Of a stretch of 64,000 nucleotides of DNA, positions 39,695 through 50,013 are shown piece after piece. Both the position numbers and the translations under genes were made by a program. The stretch is from contig OY760183.1 in assembly GCA_963663275.1 (NCBI GenBank), forward strand, positions 576,001 to 640,000, given 5' to 3'. Each line of letters opens with the position of its first letter. The first letter of the stretch is position 1. The stretch is from Chloroflexota bacterium. GTDB taxonomy: Bacteria > Chloroflexota > UBA11872 > VXOZ01. The notes beneath the pieces were generated by a model. It was not told the DNA's origin and did not search any database. It saw only the letters and a list, made by a program, of their open reading frames with translations.

Positions 39695-40327
39695 ATGAGC
39701 GATGCAGCACTCGCCCACGAGGCGCATGAAGAGCATCCAACGTCCACGGGACTGAACCACCGCAAGATCCTCATGTGGGCCTTCCTCGGCTCGGAGTGCA
39801 TCTTCTTCGGTTCGCTCATCACCACCTACCTCGTTTATCGAGGCAAGAGCGTGGTCGGCCCCTATCCCAGTGAGATTCTCAACATTCCGCTCACGTCGAT
39901 AAGCACGTTCGTGCTGCTCATGAGCAGTCTGGCGATGGTGCTGTCGCTCGCCGGTTTCGAGAGAGCGGCGGGGGCCGGCGCGGACGAAGAGCGCAGGCAG
40001 CGCGAGTTGCGCAAAGGCCGCTTCTGGCTGCTGATGACGGCGTTGCTCGGCACCGGGTTCCTCGGCTTCCAGGCGTACGAATTCATCGAATTCGTGCACC
40101 ACGGGTTGGGGCTTACCACCAATCTCTTTGGCACCACCTTCTACGTGCTCACCGGCTTTCACGGCACCCACGTCGGCGTGGGCGTCGTCTGGCTGGTATC
40201 GCTGCTGGTGTTGAGCTACTTTGGCAAGGTGAAGCCGCTGGACGTAGAACTGGGCGGCCTCTACTGGCACTTCGTGGATATTGTCTGGATTATCATCTTC
40301 ACCTTGATCTACCTGATTCCGCATTGA
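39695..40327 (+). CDS. coxC: Cytochrome c oxidase subunit III
   Basis: FLGSE..FF, TGFHGTHV and LYWHFVDIVW motifs. Confidence 0.95.
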   Translation: MSDAALAHEAHEEHPTSTGLNHRKILMWAFLGSECIFFGSLITTYLVYRGKSVVGPYPSEILNIPLTSISTFVLLMSSLAMVLSLAGFERAAGAGADEERRQRELRKGRFWLLMTALLGTGFLGFQAYEFIEFVHHGLGLTTNLFGTTFYVLTGFHGTHVGVGVVWLVSLLVLSYFGKVKPLDVELGGLYWHFVDIVWIIIFTLIYLIPH

Positions 40328-40450
40328 TTGCGCCCGCCGCGCGCAATATGGAGAAATCCCGTAGCGCGGGGGCTTGTCCCCCGCCGGCGAAGAATTGGAT
40401 AGCTTTTCCTAGCGCCAGCCGCGCCGCAACGAAACCGTGAGGAGGAGAGC

Positions 40451-40756
40451 ATGAGCACAGAAGCCGCACACAACGATGAGGCCCATGCCACCACTGGGCA
40501 CTACGTCCGCATCGCCATCGTCCTGACCGTCCTCACCATCCTGGAAGTCGGCACGTACTACGTAAACATCCCCTTTGGCATCCTGGTGCCGCTGCTGATA
40601 GTGCTGGCCGGCATGAAATTCGGCCTGGTTGTCGCGTACTACATGCACCTGCGCTACGATAGCAAGCTCTTCTCCGGCTTCTTCTTCTTTGGATTGACCA
40701 TCGAGATCCTCTTGCTGATTGCGCTCATGGTGCTCTTCGGCGTCCGCGCAGGCTAA
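40451..40756 (+). CDS. coxD: Cytochrome c oxidase subunit IV
   Basis: LT..E, K..LV...YMHLRYD motif; 3 TM; operon position. Confidence 0.88.
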   Translation: MSTEAAHNDEAHATTGHYVRIAIVLTVLTILEVGTYYVNIPFGILVPLLIVLAGMKFGLVVAYYMHLRYDSKLFSGFFFFGLTIEILLLIALMVLFGVRAG

Positions 40757-41622
40757 TGGTCGGCGCACTGACCACGCTCGCGGTTGGGGCAAGCTGCGGC
40801 TTCGTCAGCCTCTTCTACGCCGTCGGCGTCACGCGCGCCCAACGGCTCGGCCGGGCCACGCCGCCCACGTGGCGCCGGGTCTCGTTCGGCGCGGGCATTG
40901 CCCTCATCCTCATCTCCTTGATAGGGCCGGTGGATACGCTCTCCGGGCAGTATTTCACCATGCACATGATCCAGCATCTCCTGCTGATGCTGGTCGCCCC
41001 GCCGCTGCTGCTGATGGGCGCGCCGGTGGTGATGGTGCTGCGGGGACTGCCGCCCTTCCTGCAACGGCCGGTTTTCGTGACGGTGGCGCGCAACCGCGTC
41101 ATGCGCCGCATTACGCATACGCTGCTGCACTCCCACGTGGCGCTGGGCCTCTTCCTGGCCACGCTCTGGCTCTGGCACGTGCCGCAACTCTATTCGTCGG
41201 CGGTCGAGGACGACGTGGTGCACCTGCTGGAGCACACGACGTTCTTCTGGCCGGCGGTGTTCTTCTGGTGGAACGTGGTCGATTCGTGGCCGTTTCGCGC
41301 GCGCCTATCCGCGCCGCGCCGCCTGCTCTATATCTTCCTGGCCACGGCGGGCCTCAAGCTGGTGGGTGTGCTCATAACGGTTTCCGGCCAGGTGCTCTAC
41401 ACCGCGTATCTCCTGCCGCGGGAGGGCACGGCGCTGGCGGCATTGGACGATCAACGCATTGGCGGATTGATCATGTGGATGGGCGGCGGCCTCTACATGC
41501 TGCTGCCCCTGGCGATCATCTTCTTCCGCTGGGCGCAACAGGACGCGCTGGCCCCGCCGCCGGCGCAGCCTTCAACGACCGCGGCCTCCGCGCCGCCGCG
41601 CAACTACCGCCAACCGCTCTAG
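40756..41622 (+). CDS. ctaG: caa3 oxidase assembly factor CtaG
   Basis: HMIQHLLLMLVAPPLL, WHVP, HLLEH and DQRIGGLIMW motifs. Confidence 0.9.
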   Translation: MVGALTTLAVGASCGFVSLFYAVGVTRAQRLGRATPPTWRRVSFGAGIALILISLIGPVDTLSGQYFTMHMIQHLLLMLVAPPLLLMGAPVVMVLRGLPPFLQRPVFVTVARNRVMRRITHTLLHSHVALGLFLATLWLWHVPQLYSSAVEDDVVHLLEHTTFFWPAVFFWWNVVDSWPFRARLSAPRRLLYIFLATAGLKLVGVLITVSGQVLYTAYLLPREGTALAALDDQRIGGLIMWMGGGLYMLLPLAIIFFRWAQQDALAPPPAQPSTTAASAPPRNYRQPL

Positions 41623-41649
41623 TCCGCCGCGCGCTTACGCAACGAAGAT

Positions 41650-41878
41650 AGGCGGAGTTCGCGCCGCAGGCGGAGTTCGCGCCGCAGGCGGAGTTCGCGC
41701 CGCAGGCGGAGTTCGCGCCGCAGGCGGAGTTCGCGCCGCAGGCGGAGTTCGCGCCGCAGGCGGAGTTCGCGCCGCAGGCGGAGTTCGCGCTACAGGCGGG
41801 GTTCACGCCACAGGCGGAGTTCGCGCTACAGGCGGGGTTCACGCCACAGGCGGAGTTCACGCCACAGGCGGAGTTCGC
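41650..41878. repeat. 18-bp tandem repeat AGGCGGAGTTCGCGCCGC, about 13 copies
   Basis: 7 exact copies followed by alternating variants. Confidence 0.95.
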
Positions 41879-41993
41879 TTGCGGGCGCGGCGCGCGCCCG
41901 CGTCGATCGATCCCGCTCGCCGCGCATCAAGGGGATGCCACGCTCGATCGACCGCCGGCACGCAGTAGCAATTGGATTCGGGGCCGCTCCGGC

Positions 41994-43301
41994 ATGTTCG
42001 ATTTCATACACGCAAGCGCCGCTTCAGACCGCACCCGCAGTTTCCGGCGGAACGTGTGGATATTCTTCGCCCTGAAGTTCGTCTGGGGGCTGCGCTGGGG
42101 CACGCTGCTGCCGATTGTCCTGCTCTTCTTCCTGGAACGCGGCATTTCCATCACCGGCTTCATGCTGCTCATGGCCTCCCTCAACCTCTCCAGCGTCGCG
42201 GCCGAACTGCCCACCGGCCTCTTTGCCGACCGCTTCAGCCGCAAGTGGAGCATCTTCGTGGGGGCGTTGCTGGGCTGCGGCGGCGTGCTCGTGCTCGTAT
42301 TCGCCGTTGACTACTATTTCATGTTGGTTGGATTCATGGCCGTCGGCATTGGGGCGGCATTCGCTTCCGGCGCGGACATAGCACTCTTCTACGACTCGAT
42401 CAAAGGCGCGGGCTGGGAAGGGAGATCGCAGCCCTTGCTGGCGCGCGCTTTGGCGATAGAGAACGTCGGCATGGTGAGCGGTATGTTCGTGACGGGCCTC
42501 ATCGTCTCCCAGACCGGGCTAGTCGGCCCCTTCTGGGGCAGCGCCGCCGCGCTCCTCACGGCGGCGGCCATCACGCTGGCGTTCGTGGAGCCGCCCGAGG
42601 CCCGCGCCGCGCCCGCGCCGCGCCAGGCGAACACCTTCCGGGAAAAGTCCCGCGACTACTTCCGGCGCCTCAAGGCGGCAGTCCAGACCGTTACGCACAA
42701 TCCCGAACTGCTGGCGCTGGCAATCGTCTACGTGGTGATGATGCGCGTCCACTTCCTGACCGAGCGTCCGTTTGCGGGGCCGTACCTCGTCGCCCTTGGC
42801 TTCTCCCACGCCCAGCTCGGCTTCCTCTTCATGTTCTACTACGGCGTGATGTCGCTCTTCATGCTCGGCTCCGCCCGCGTGCGCGCGCTGCTGTGGGGCA
42901 GCGAACGGTCCGCGCTGCTTTCACTGGGCATTCTCGGCGCGGTTGCGCTGGTGGTGTTCGTCAACGCGCCGCTGACGCCGGTGGTCATCGTGGGCATGCT
43001 CGGCATCTACGCCATGATCGGCCTGCTCCATCCGCTCATGCTGCAAAGCCTGAACCGCCGCCTGCTTTCGTCGCAGCGGGCTTCCTGCCTCTCCCTGGTG
43101 CATGCCTCCAACTACTCGCTCGGCCTGCTGGTGGGCCCCGCCCTTGCCGCCGTGTCCGACAACATCGACCTGGACACCGGACTGCAGGTCTTCCAGTGGA
43201 CGTTCGCGCCGGTCATGCTGCTGGCGGTCCTGTGGGCCTGGCGCGCCCTGCGCCCCCAAACGCACCGCGAGCCGGCGCCAATCACCCCCGGCGACAGGTA
43301 G
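41994..43301 (+). CDS. MFS transporter
   Basis: ELPTGLFADRFSRK, SGADIALFYDS; about 12 TM. Confidence 0.88.
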   Translation: MFDFIHASAASDRTRSFRRNVWIFFALKFVWGLRWGTLLPIVLLFFLERGISITGFMLLMASLNLSSVAAELPTGLFADRFSRKWSIFVGALLGCGGVLVLVFAVDYYFMLVGFMAVGIGAAFASGADIALFYDSIKGAGWEGRSQPLLARALAIENVGMVSGMFVTGLIVSQTGLVGPFWGSAAALLTAAAITLAFVEPPEARAAPAPRQANTFREKSRDYFRRLKAAVQTVTHNPELLALAIVYVVMMRVHFLTERPFAGPYLVALGFSHAQLGFLFMFYYGVMSLFMLGSARVRALLWGSERSALLSLGILGAVALVVFVNAPLTPVVIVGMLGIYAMIGLLHPLMLQSLNRRLLSSQRASCLSLVHASNYSLGLLVGPALAAVSDNIDLDTGLQVFQWTFAPVMLLAVLWAWRALRPQTHREPAPITPGDR

Positions 43302-43409
43302 CGGCCCGTTGCCCCCCTACCCCGCCATCCTCATCTCCGGTAACCATATCCCGTCCGTCTTTTCTCCAGTAGCCTCATTTCCGTTCGTCGTATCTCCGGA
43401 CGCCACTTT

Positions 43410-43853
43410 TCCGGTAGCGCAGGTTTGTAACCTGCGTCCCCGTTGTTGATGGATCAACGTTCCCGACCGTCTCCTCACCTATTCCGTCCTCAAAACCCGC
43501 GTAGGGGCACGACATGTCGTGCCCCTACGCCGTTTCAGCCACAACCGAGGCCACTCAAATCAAGCGCGAAGTTACTCGCGATTGCCTTCCGCTTGAATGC
43601 CACACCATTGGAGACTAGCCACTCACCCATCCGGCGGGGACAAGAAAGATGCTTATGGAACGGATTGACCCTACGGAAGACGCAGGTTACAAACCTGCGC
43701 TACCGGAGAAACGAGCGTAATTTTCATTCTCATCGCGTTTTATGCGACAACATTAGGGGCAAGCCCCCGCGCTACTCTTGCCCCTTCTCCCTGGGGAGAG
43801 GGCCGGGGTGAGGGGAATGCACACCCGGCGGGGGACAAGCCCCCGCGCTACAG
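43410..43853. repeat. Mixed REP-like hairpin cluster
   Basis: GTAGCGCAGG.., GTAGGGGCACGACATGTCGTGCCC, CCCTGGGGAGAGGG and GTAGCGCGGGG.. families. Confidence 0.75.
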
Positions 43854-44037
43854 GTGCCATTGCATATGATTATCTCTACAAAGGTGAGGATGGCAGATTC
43901 TTTGTTGAGATCCTGGCAAACAGCAAGTCCTTCCAATTACAGTGCTGTAGCGTAAAGCTAGCGTCGGGAATTGAGTAAGACCTTGAATTCTTAGGGCCCA
44001 AGTAGCTGACTGGCCAGTATATCCATGCCCAAGTAGT

Positions 44038-44280
44038 CTATGCTTCCTCTAATTCCTCCAGTTTAGCTTCTCCCAAAGGTGTCATGAACTTGAACATATA
44101 GCTAGGCGTTGGGTGATCATGGGTAACGATTTTGTCTGCTTCGACATAGCCATTGTCCCTACAAATCCCCACCAAGGTGCTGACACTCTCCTCACCATAT
44201 ATCGCATCCAGTTCGTGCTGCCTTCCACCGTCTGCGAAATGTCGCAGCATCACTTTGTAAGATAACGGTTCGCGTTGCAT
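44038..44280 (-). CDS. Small wHTH-like protein (DUF2513/YjcQ-like)
   Basis: GGAAAGG RBS; MQREP...NGYV...MTPLGEAKLEEL pattern; lower GC. Confidence 0.45.
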   Translation of the reverse strand: MQREPLSYKVMLRHFADGGRQHELDAIYGEESVSTLVGICRDNGYVEADKIVTHDHPTPSYMFKFMTPLGEAKLEELEEA

Positions 44281-44356
44281 TCTTTGCCTTTCCTTCTAAA
44301 CAAATCTGACGTTCGAGAGCAGTTCTCGCAACTTATACGTCTCAGCCAGTCTTTGT

Positions 44357-45205
44357 TCATTCTACACCGCGATAAGACTCTTCCGCCAACAGCCGGTCCA
44401 CCAGCGTCTCCAGGTCTTCATCCGCATAGAAGTGGATGCGGATCGTGCCCTGCTTGCCGCGGCGCTTGATTTCCACCTTCGTGGCCAGCGCGCGCCGGAG
44501 CAGGTCCTCCCACTCGGCGCTGCGCGGGTCCGCCGGCCTGGCGCGGGCAGACCTTGACGGCCCCAGCAGCCGTTGTACCAGCCGCTCGGTCTGGCGCACG
44601 TTCAGACCCCGTTCTTCAATCTCATGCAGCGCCGCAATCTGCTTCTCGGGCGTGAGCCGCAGCAGGGCGCGGGCGTGGCCCTCGCTGATCGTATCGGCGG
44701 CCAGGGCCTCTTTCACCGCGGCGGCCAGGTTGAGCAGGCGCAGCGTATTGGCCACGGCGGAGCGGCTCTTGCCCACCCGCGCCGCCACCTGCTCCTGGGT
44801 GATGCCGAATTCGCTTATCAGCGCGGCATAGGCCTCGGCGGTTTCCAGCGGCGAGAGGCTTGCCCGTTGGAGGTTTTCCACCAGCGCCAGTTCCAGCGCC
44901 TCGCGGCTGCCGGTAGGCCGGATCAGCGCGGGTATCGTGGCCAGTCCCGCTTGCCGGGCGGCCCGCCAGCGGCGCTCGCCGACGATAAGCTGATACGCGC
45001 CCGCTTCCGGTTGGCGGCTGACCACCACCGGCTGCAGGATGCCGTGCGCGCGGATGGAATCGGCAAGCTCCGCCAGATCGTCTTCCGCGAACGTCTGGCG
45101 CGGCTGCAGCGGATTGGGATGAATGCGCTCCACCGGCACGTCTTGCAGACCCGATTCCGGCAGCAATGCCTCGAGACCGCGTCCTAAGCCACCTCTACGC
45201 GACAC
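44357..45205 (-). CDS. parB: Chromosome partitioning protein ParB
   Basis: GLGRGLEAL, NPLQPR, GILQP, GERRWRA, ENLQR; AGGAGG 9 nt before GTG. Confidence 0.95.
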   Translation of the reverse strand: MSRRGGLGRGLEALLPESGLQDVPVERIHPNPLQPRQTFAEDDLAELADSIRAHGILQPVVVSRQPEAGAYQLIVGERRWRAARQAGLATIPALIRPTGSREALELALVENLQRASLSPLETAEAYAALISEFGITQEQVAARVGKSRSAVANTLRLLNLAAAVKEALAADTISEGHARALLRLTPEKQIAALHEIEERGLNVRQTERLVQRLLGPSRSARARPADPRSAEWEDLLRRALATKVEIKRRGKQGTIRIHFYADEDLETLVDRLLAEESYRGVE

Positions 45206-45274
45206 GCTTGCCAACCTCCTTCACATCCTGATCGGCGGTAAACGGCCTTCTCGCCAGCAAGACACAATGCCGCC

Positions 45275-46033
45275 TCACGAGGCTGCCAGGACTTCCTCCG
45301 CCAGGCGGCGATAGCCCTCGGCCCCTCTGGAAAACGGATCGTACGCCAGAATGGTGCGCCCGTGGCTGGGCGCTTCCGCCAGGCGCACGTTGCGGGCAAT
45401 CACGGTCTCGAACACCTGCCCGGGAAAGTGAGACCGCACCTCGTCCTGCACTTGCTGCGCCAGGCGCGTGCGCGCGTCGAACATGGTCATGAGCAGGCGC
45501 ACCCGGCCCAGCGTCGGGTGCAGACCGCCGCGCACCCGGCGCACCGTATCCAGCAGTTGCGCCAGTCCTTCCAGCGCCAGGTATTCGCACTGCACCGGCA
45601 GGATCACCTCATCCGCGGCGCAGAGGCCGTTCACCGTGAGCATGCCCAGCGACGGCGGACAATCGATCAGCACGTAGGCATAGGCGTCGCGCAGCGGCGC
45701 GAGCGCGGCGCGCAGGAGATACTCGCGCTCCGGCAGTTCCGCGGCCTCCGCCTCCAGGCCCGCCAGCGCCGGGCTGGAAGGCAGCACCCGCAGATTTGGC
45801 GCGTCCGCCACGGGCACGATGAGATCCTGCGCCGCCACCCGGCCCCGCAGCGCGTGGTAGATGCTGGGATCCTCTTTCTCGATGCCCAACCCGCCGGTGG
45901 CGTTCGCCTGCGGGTCCAGGTCCACCAGCAGCACGGCCTGCCGGTGCAACGCCAGGTACGCGCCCACGTTGACAGCCGTGGTCGTCTTGCCCACGCCGCC
46001 TTTTTGATTGGCAATCGCGATAACCGTGCTCAT
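45275..46033 (-). CDS. parA: Chromosome partitioning ATPase ParA/Soj
   Basis: NQKGGVGKTT, DPQAN, DCPPSLG, QCEYLALEG and LAEAPSHG motifs. Confidence 0.95.
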   Translation of the reverse strand: MSTVIAIANQKGGVGKTTTAVNVGAYLALHRQAVLLVDLDPQANATGGLGIEKEDPSIYHALRGRVAAQDLIVPVADAPNLRVLPSSPALAGLEAEAAELPEREYLLRAALAPLRDAYAYVLIDCPPSLGMLTVNGLCAADEVILPVQCEYLALEGLAQLLDTVRRVRGGLHPTLGRVRLLMTMFDARTRLAQQVQDEVRSHFPGQVFETVIARNVRLAEAPSHGRTILAYDPFSRGAEGYRRLAEEVLAAS

Positions 46034-46133
46034 GGCTGAACCGTACGTATAGCCGGCGGCAGGGCGTTTGCGGGCACGGCCTTGCACACGGCGGCGTCTC
46101 GGCGGAACCGGCGCATCGAGAACCGGCCGCGCG

Positions 46134-47165
46134 CTAGGTCAGCGACACCACGCGGTCGTGGCGCGCGGCCTCGTAGAATGCCAGGCAGACCGCCAGGTTG
46201 CGGCGTCCGTCTTCCACCGTGGCCGGCAGCGGCGCGCCGAGCAGCGCGTGATCGACCATCGCGGCGACGCTGTTTCCGCTTGCACTCGCCGCGTTCTCGG
46301 AGAGCACCCAGCCCTGCCAGGGCGCAAAGTTGCCCCGCACCGCCAGCTTGCCGGAGATGCCGTCCGTGGCGATCTGCCCCTCTGTGCCGACCAGGTGAAA
46401 GGCGTGCATGCCCGACTGCGGGCCGCTGGACCAGGTGACCTCCAGCGTTGCCACGAAACCGTTGTCGAAGGTGAGCGTGGCTACGCCGAAGTCTTCCAGC
46501 GGAATATCTTTGTGCACCAGGTTCGCGGTTGCGCCGGTCACCCGCGCGACCTCCGCCCGCAACAGCGTGCGCAGCGCGTGGACGTCGTAGATGGCGTGGT
46601 CGATCCAGCCGCCGCCGGGCGCTTTGCTCGCGTCCAGCCACCAGGTGCGCGCCACGTGCACGCCGGGCCACTCCTGCGTGGGCAGGCCGCCGCGCCGGAT
46701 TACGGCGGCGCTGATGGGAGCACCGATGCGCCCTTCTTCCAGCCACTGGGCGTATTGCCGGGTCGCGCCGCCGCTTGCCTGAACGGCCTCCAGCGGGTAG
46801 AAGCCGACGCCGGCCGCGTTGACCGCCGCCGCCACCGCGTCGGCCTCCGCCAGCGTGAGCGCCATGGGCTTGACGCAAATGATGTGCTTGCCGTAGCGCG
46901 CCGCCTCCTGGCAGAGCGCGGGCGCTTCCGCCGTGGTGCACGCCGCCACGACCACGTCCACGTCGTCCCGCCGCGCGATTTCGGCGTAATCGTCTGTAAT
47001 GGCGGGAATCGCGTACTCGCCGGCGATCGCCTCCAGGTACGCGGTCTTGCGGTGCGCCGCCGCCGTCACGACCGCCTGCTTGTTCCCGGCAATGCCCCGC
47101 AGCGCCGCAAACCCGGCGTACCAGTGGTCCATTCCCGCTATGCCAAAGCGCACTTCCGCAGACAC
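46134..47165 (-). CDS. Gfo/Idh/MocA family oxidoreductase
   Basis: GKHIICVKPMA, GGGWIDHAIY, ED and GTEG motifs. Confidence 0.88.
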   Translation of the reverse strand: MSAEVRFGIAGMDHWYAGFAALRGIAGNKQAVVTAAAHRKTAYLEAIAGEYAIPAITDDYAEIARRDDVDVVVAACTTAEAPALCQEAARYGKHIICVKPMALTLAEADAVAAAVNAAGVGFYPLEAVQASGGATRQYAQWLEEGRIGAPISAAVIRRGGLPTQEWPGVHVARTWWLDASKAPGGGWIDHAIYDVHALRTLLRAEVARVTGATANLVHKDIPLEDFGVATLTFDNGFVATLEVTWSSGPQSGMHAFHLVGTEGQIATDGISGKLAVRGNFAPWQGWVLSENAASASGNSVAAMVDHALLGAPLPATVEDGRRNLAVCLAFYEAARHDRVVSLT

Positions 47166-47339
47166 CGGCGTATCCTCTCGTTTTCGGCTGGTCTTCACGC
47201 TCGCTTCATCTCCGTATACCGTACTACACCCAGTGGCGCAGTGCTAATGGCGTGTACCAGGCAGGGAGTTTCGTGGTCCGACATCGTTTGCAATGCTGGG
47301 CGGTTGCGCGTGGCGTTGCGGGCCCGCAAGACGGTAAGG

Positions 47340-47505
47340 ACGCGCGGGTTGCAAATCTTCTACGAGTGCGCAGGTTACAAACCTACGCCACCGGAACGCA
47401 GGTCGCCAATCTACTGCCGGAGCGCAGGTTACAAACCTACGCTACCGGAACGCAGGTTGCAAACCTGCGCTACCGGACACGCGGGGTGCAAACCTACGCT
47501 ACCGG
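47340..47505 (-). repeat. Cluster of GTAGCGYAGGTTTGTAACCTGCG REP-like copies
   Basis: About 5-6 direct copies at about 28-bp spacing. Confidence 0.85.
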
Positions 47506-47549
47506 AGCGCCTATCCATCGAGACGGAGGTGTCGCGCTCCTGGTTTCTC

Positions 47550-48617
47550 TCATCGAGCCTCTCCGTCCCAGTAGTCCACGGCGTCGTCTTTGCGGAAGAT
47601 GCGGCGCACGGAGCGCATGTTCACCTTATTGGAGTTAGGGTATTCGCTCACGTCGGCGGGAACCACGTTGCTCAGGAGCAGCAGCGTACAGGGCGCGGCG
47701 CTTTCGTTGACGTACTGGTGGTCGCCGTTGGGCCCGGGCGGATACGCGAAGAAATCCCCCGCCCGCGCAGCCACGTCGCCGCGGGAAGTGCGCACGGTGC
47801 ATTCCCCTTCCAGTACCACCCCAAGTTCCTCCTCATGGTGATGGAAGTGGAGCGGAAAAGCCGTCTTGCCCGGCTTGAGGCGAACCACCTGATACCCCAG
47901 GTGGCGGGCGCCGATCAGCGGATCGACGTTCTTGAAATCATAGACGTAGTCCTCAGGCGCATCCAGGGTGATCCACGGAATCTCATCCAGGTTGACGCGG
48001 TTGATGTAGACGTCCGTGCGCGCCTCCAGCATGGACAGGAGCGCGTCGCGGGCGCCGCGCAGGATGGAGTGGCCGTCGCCGAGCAGCAGCGCGTCGAGAT
48101 TCCGCTCCGCCAGCAACTTGCGCAGTTGCAGCGCCGCTTGCGCCGGGTCCGCCACGGCCGGTTCCGCGCCTAACGCCAGCGAGCCTACCGGATGACCCCA
48201 CACGTAGTCGCCAATGAAAGCCACGCTGCCGTCGCGCCAGAGCAGCGCGATTTCGCCCGGACTCTTGCCGTGCGCCAGGTGCAAGACCCGCAGGTCGGGC
48301 ACGATATCCTCGCCGTCGGCCACCGCGCGGTCTACGGTCAGCCCAAAGAGCGGCGCGTCGGCCTCGTGCGCCACGATTTGCGCGCCGGTGCGTTCCTGTA
48401 AGGCCGCCGCGTCCCGTTCGTGATCGCGGTTGGTCAGGACGATGAGCGCCGCGCCGCCCAGCGCGTCCAATTGCCTGGCGTCGCTTTCGTTCATGGGCAC
48501 GGGGTCGATGAGGATATTGCCCGCTTCTCGTACCCAGAGATAGCCGTTGAAGTCGAACTGCTTCTCCTCGTTGAAAACCGACCAGGTGTAGAGATCGTCG
48601 AACATCACCCGCTTCAC
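47550..48617 (-). CDS. MBL-fold hydrolase fused to a cupin domain
   Basis: LIDP, TNRDH, GKSPGE, GD, GDG; then HFHHHEEE..VLEG...H cupin motif. Confidence 0.75.
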   Translation of the reverse strand: MKRVMFDDLYTWSVFNEEKQFDFNGYLWVREAGNILIDPVPMNESDARQLDALGGAALIVLTNRDHERDAAALQERTGAQIVAHEADAPLFGLTVDRAVADGEDIVPDLRVLHLAHGKSPGEIALLWRDGSVAFIGDYVWGHPVGSLALGAEPAVADPAQAALQLRKLLAERNLDALLLGDGHSILRGARDALLSMLEARTDVYINRVNLDEIPWITLDAPEDYVYDFKNVDPLIGARHLGYQVVRLKPGKTAFPLHFHHHEEELGVVLEGECTVRTSRGDVAARAGDFFAYPPGPNGDHQYVNESAAPCTLLLLSNVVPADVSEYPNSNKVNMRSVRRIFRKDDAVDYWDGEAR

Positions 48618-48704
48618 TATGAACGCTCCTTACTCGCGCTGAGACTGCCAATGCACATGATATACTGAATCACCGCCAAACTACGCACCACCGGAGGCGC
48701 ATCC

Positions 48705-49745
48705 GTGGACATGCTTACCCGCGCTACCCTGCCGGCAGACATCGCCGATGAAGACGCCCTGGAAGAGTTGCTCTCGCGCCCCAGCCAGGCGCTGGTAGAC
48801 GACTTGCAGCGTCTCGACGGCGACATTCTCATACTCGGTGTCGGCGGCAAGGTGGGGCCGACGCTGGCGCGACTGGCCAAGCGCGCCGCCCCTGAAAAGC
48901 AAATCGTCGGCGTGGCGCGCTTCAGCGCTCCCGCCGTGCGGGCGCGCCTGGAGGCCTGGGGCGTCGAGACCATCGCCTGCGACCTGCTGGACCGCGCGGC
49001 GGTGGCCGCCCTGCCGCGCCTGCCCAACGTGGTCTACATGGCGGGCAAGAAGTTCGGCACGACGGCGGATCCGGCCTTCACCTGGGCCATGAACACCCAC
49101 GTGCCGGCCATCGTGGCCGAGACCTTCCGTCACTCCCGCATCGCGGCCTTTTCCACGCTCTGCGTCTATCCCTACGCGCCGGTGGACGGTGACGGCTGGG
49201 ATGAATCGGCAGCGACGGAACCGGTGGGCGAGTACGCCAACTCCTGCGTGGGGCGCGAGCGCGTCTTCCAACACTTTTCGCGGCAGCACGGCACGCCGGG
49301 ACGCCTGCTGCGGCTCAACTACGCCATCGACATGCGCTACGGCGTGCTGCACGACGTGGCCCGCCGGGTGCGCGCCGGCTCACCGGCGCCGCTGGCGATG
49401 GGACACGTGAACGTCATCTGGCAGGGCGACGCCGGCAGCCAGGCCCTGCGCGCGCTGCTGCACTGCACAACGCCCACGACGCCTCTGAATATCGGCGGGC
49501 CCGCGGCGACAAGCATTCGCGCCCTGGCCCACGCTTTCGGCAAGCGGTTCAACCGGACGCCGCGGTTCGCCGGCTCGGAGTCGGAAACCGCCTGGCTGAA
49601 CAGCACGGCGCAGGCGCAACGGCTTTTCGGCCCACCGCTCGTGCCCCTGGAGACGATGATCGAGTGGACCGCAGCCTGGCTGGAGCGCGGCCTGCCGGCC
49701 TACGCATTGCCAACCCGCTTCGAGGTCCGCGACGGTCGGTTCTAG
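48705..49745 (+). CDS. NAD-dependent epimerase/dehydratase
   Basis: GVGGKVG, AGKKFG, EYANSCVGRER and RLNYA motifs. Confidence 0.85.
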   Translation: MDMLTRATLPADIADEDALEELLSRPSQALVDDLQRLDGDILILGVGGKVGPTLARLAKRAAPEKQIVGVARFSAPAVRARLEAWGVETIACDLLDRAAVAALPRLPNVVYMAGKKFGTTADPAFTWAMNTHVPAIVAETFRHSRIAAFSTLCVYPYAPVDGDGWDESAATEPVGEYANSCVGRERVFQHFSRQHGTPGRLLRLNYAIDMRYGVLHDVARRVRAGSPAPLAMGHVNVIWQGDAGSQALRALLHCTTPTTPLNIGGPAATSIRALAHAFGKRFNRTPRFAGSESETAWLNSTAQAQRLFGPPLVPLETMIEWTAAWLERGLPAYALPTRFEVRDGRF

Positions 49746-50013
49746 GTGGCAATCGGTCGGCTCCCGTGCACTCCGCTCCCCACGGTAGGGGCACGACATG
49801 TCGTGCCCCTACCGGCGTGCGCGTGAAGGTCATTATCCGGAATCGCCGGCGGAACCAAAGCAGCGGCGTGAGACTCTTTCGCGTAAGATGACCTATGGGG
49901 AATCAACAGGCGGCCGCTGGGAACCCGCAGCCGGTGAAACTGCGCGCGGACGCTCTCCAATCCTGACGACACGTATCGGGAAGTCGAACGCACACTACGA
50001 ACGGAGCACACCA

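Noticed and set aside
39369-39740. Repeat-protein ORFs (MEQLPFA, ACGANS, ARPCTI)
   Set aside because: Translations of non-coding tandem repeats; no RBS, open in several frames
41650-41878. Possible CRISPR array
   Set aside because: Contiguous 18-bp units with no unique spacers; no cas genes
44357-46033. Plasmid-type partition locus or adjacent parS
   Set aside because: Proteins are chromosomal Soj/Spo0J-like; no TGTTTCACGTGAAACA seen; TTCACGTG words lie within MITE B
46068-48173. 701-aa plus-strand ORF and similar long antisense ORFs (e.g. 38105-39466, 54544-56052, 57699-59075)
   Set aside because: Shadow frames of well-supported opposite-strand genes in high-GC DNA
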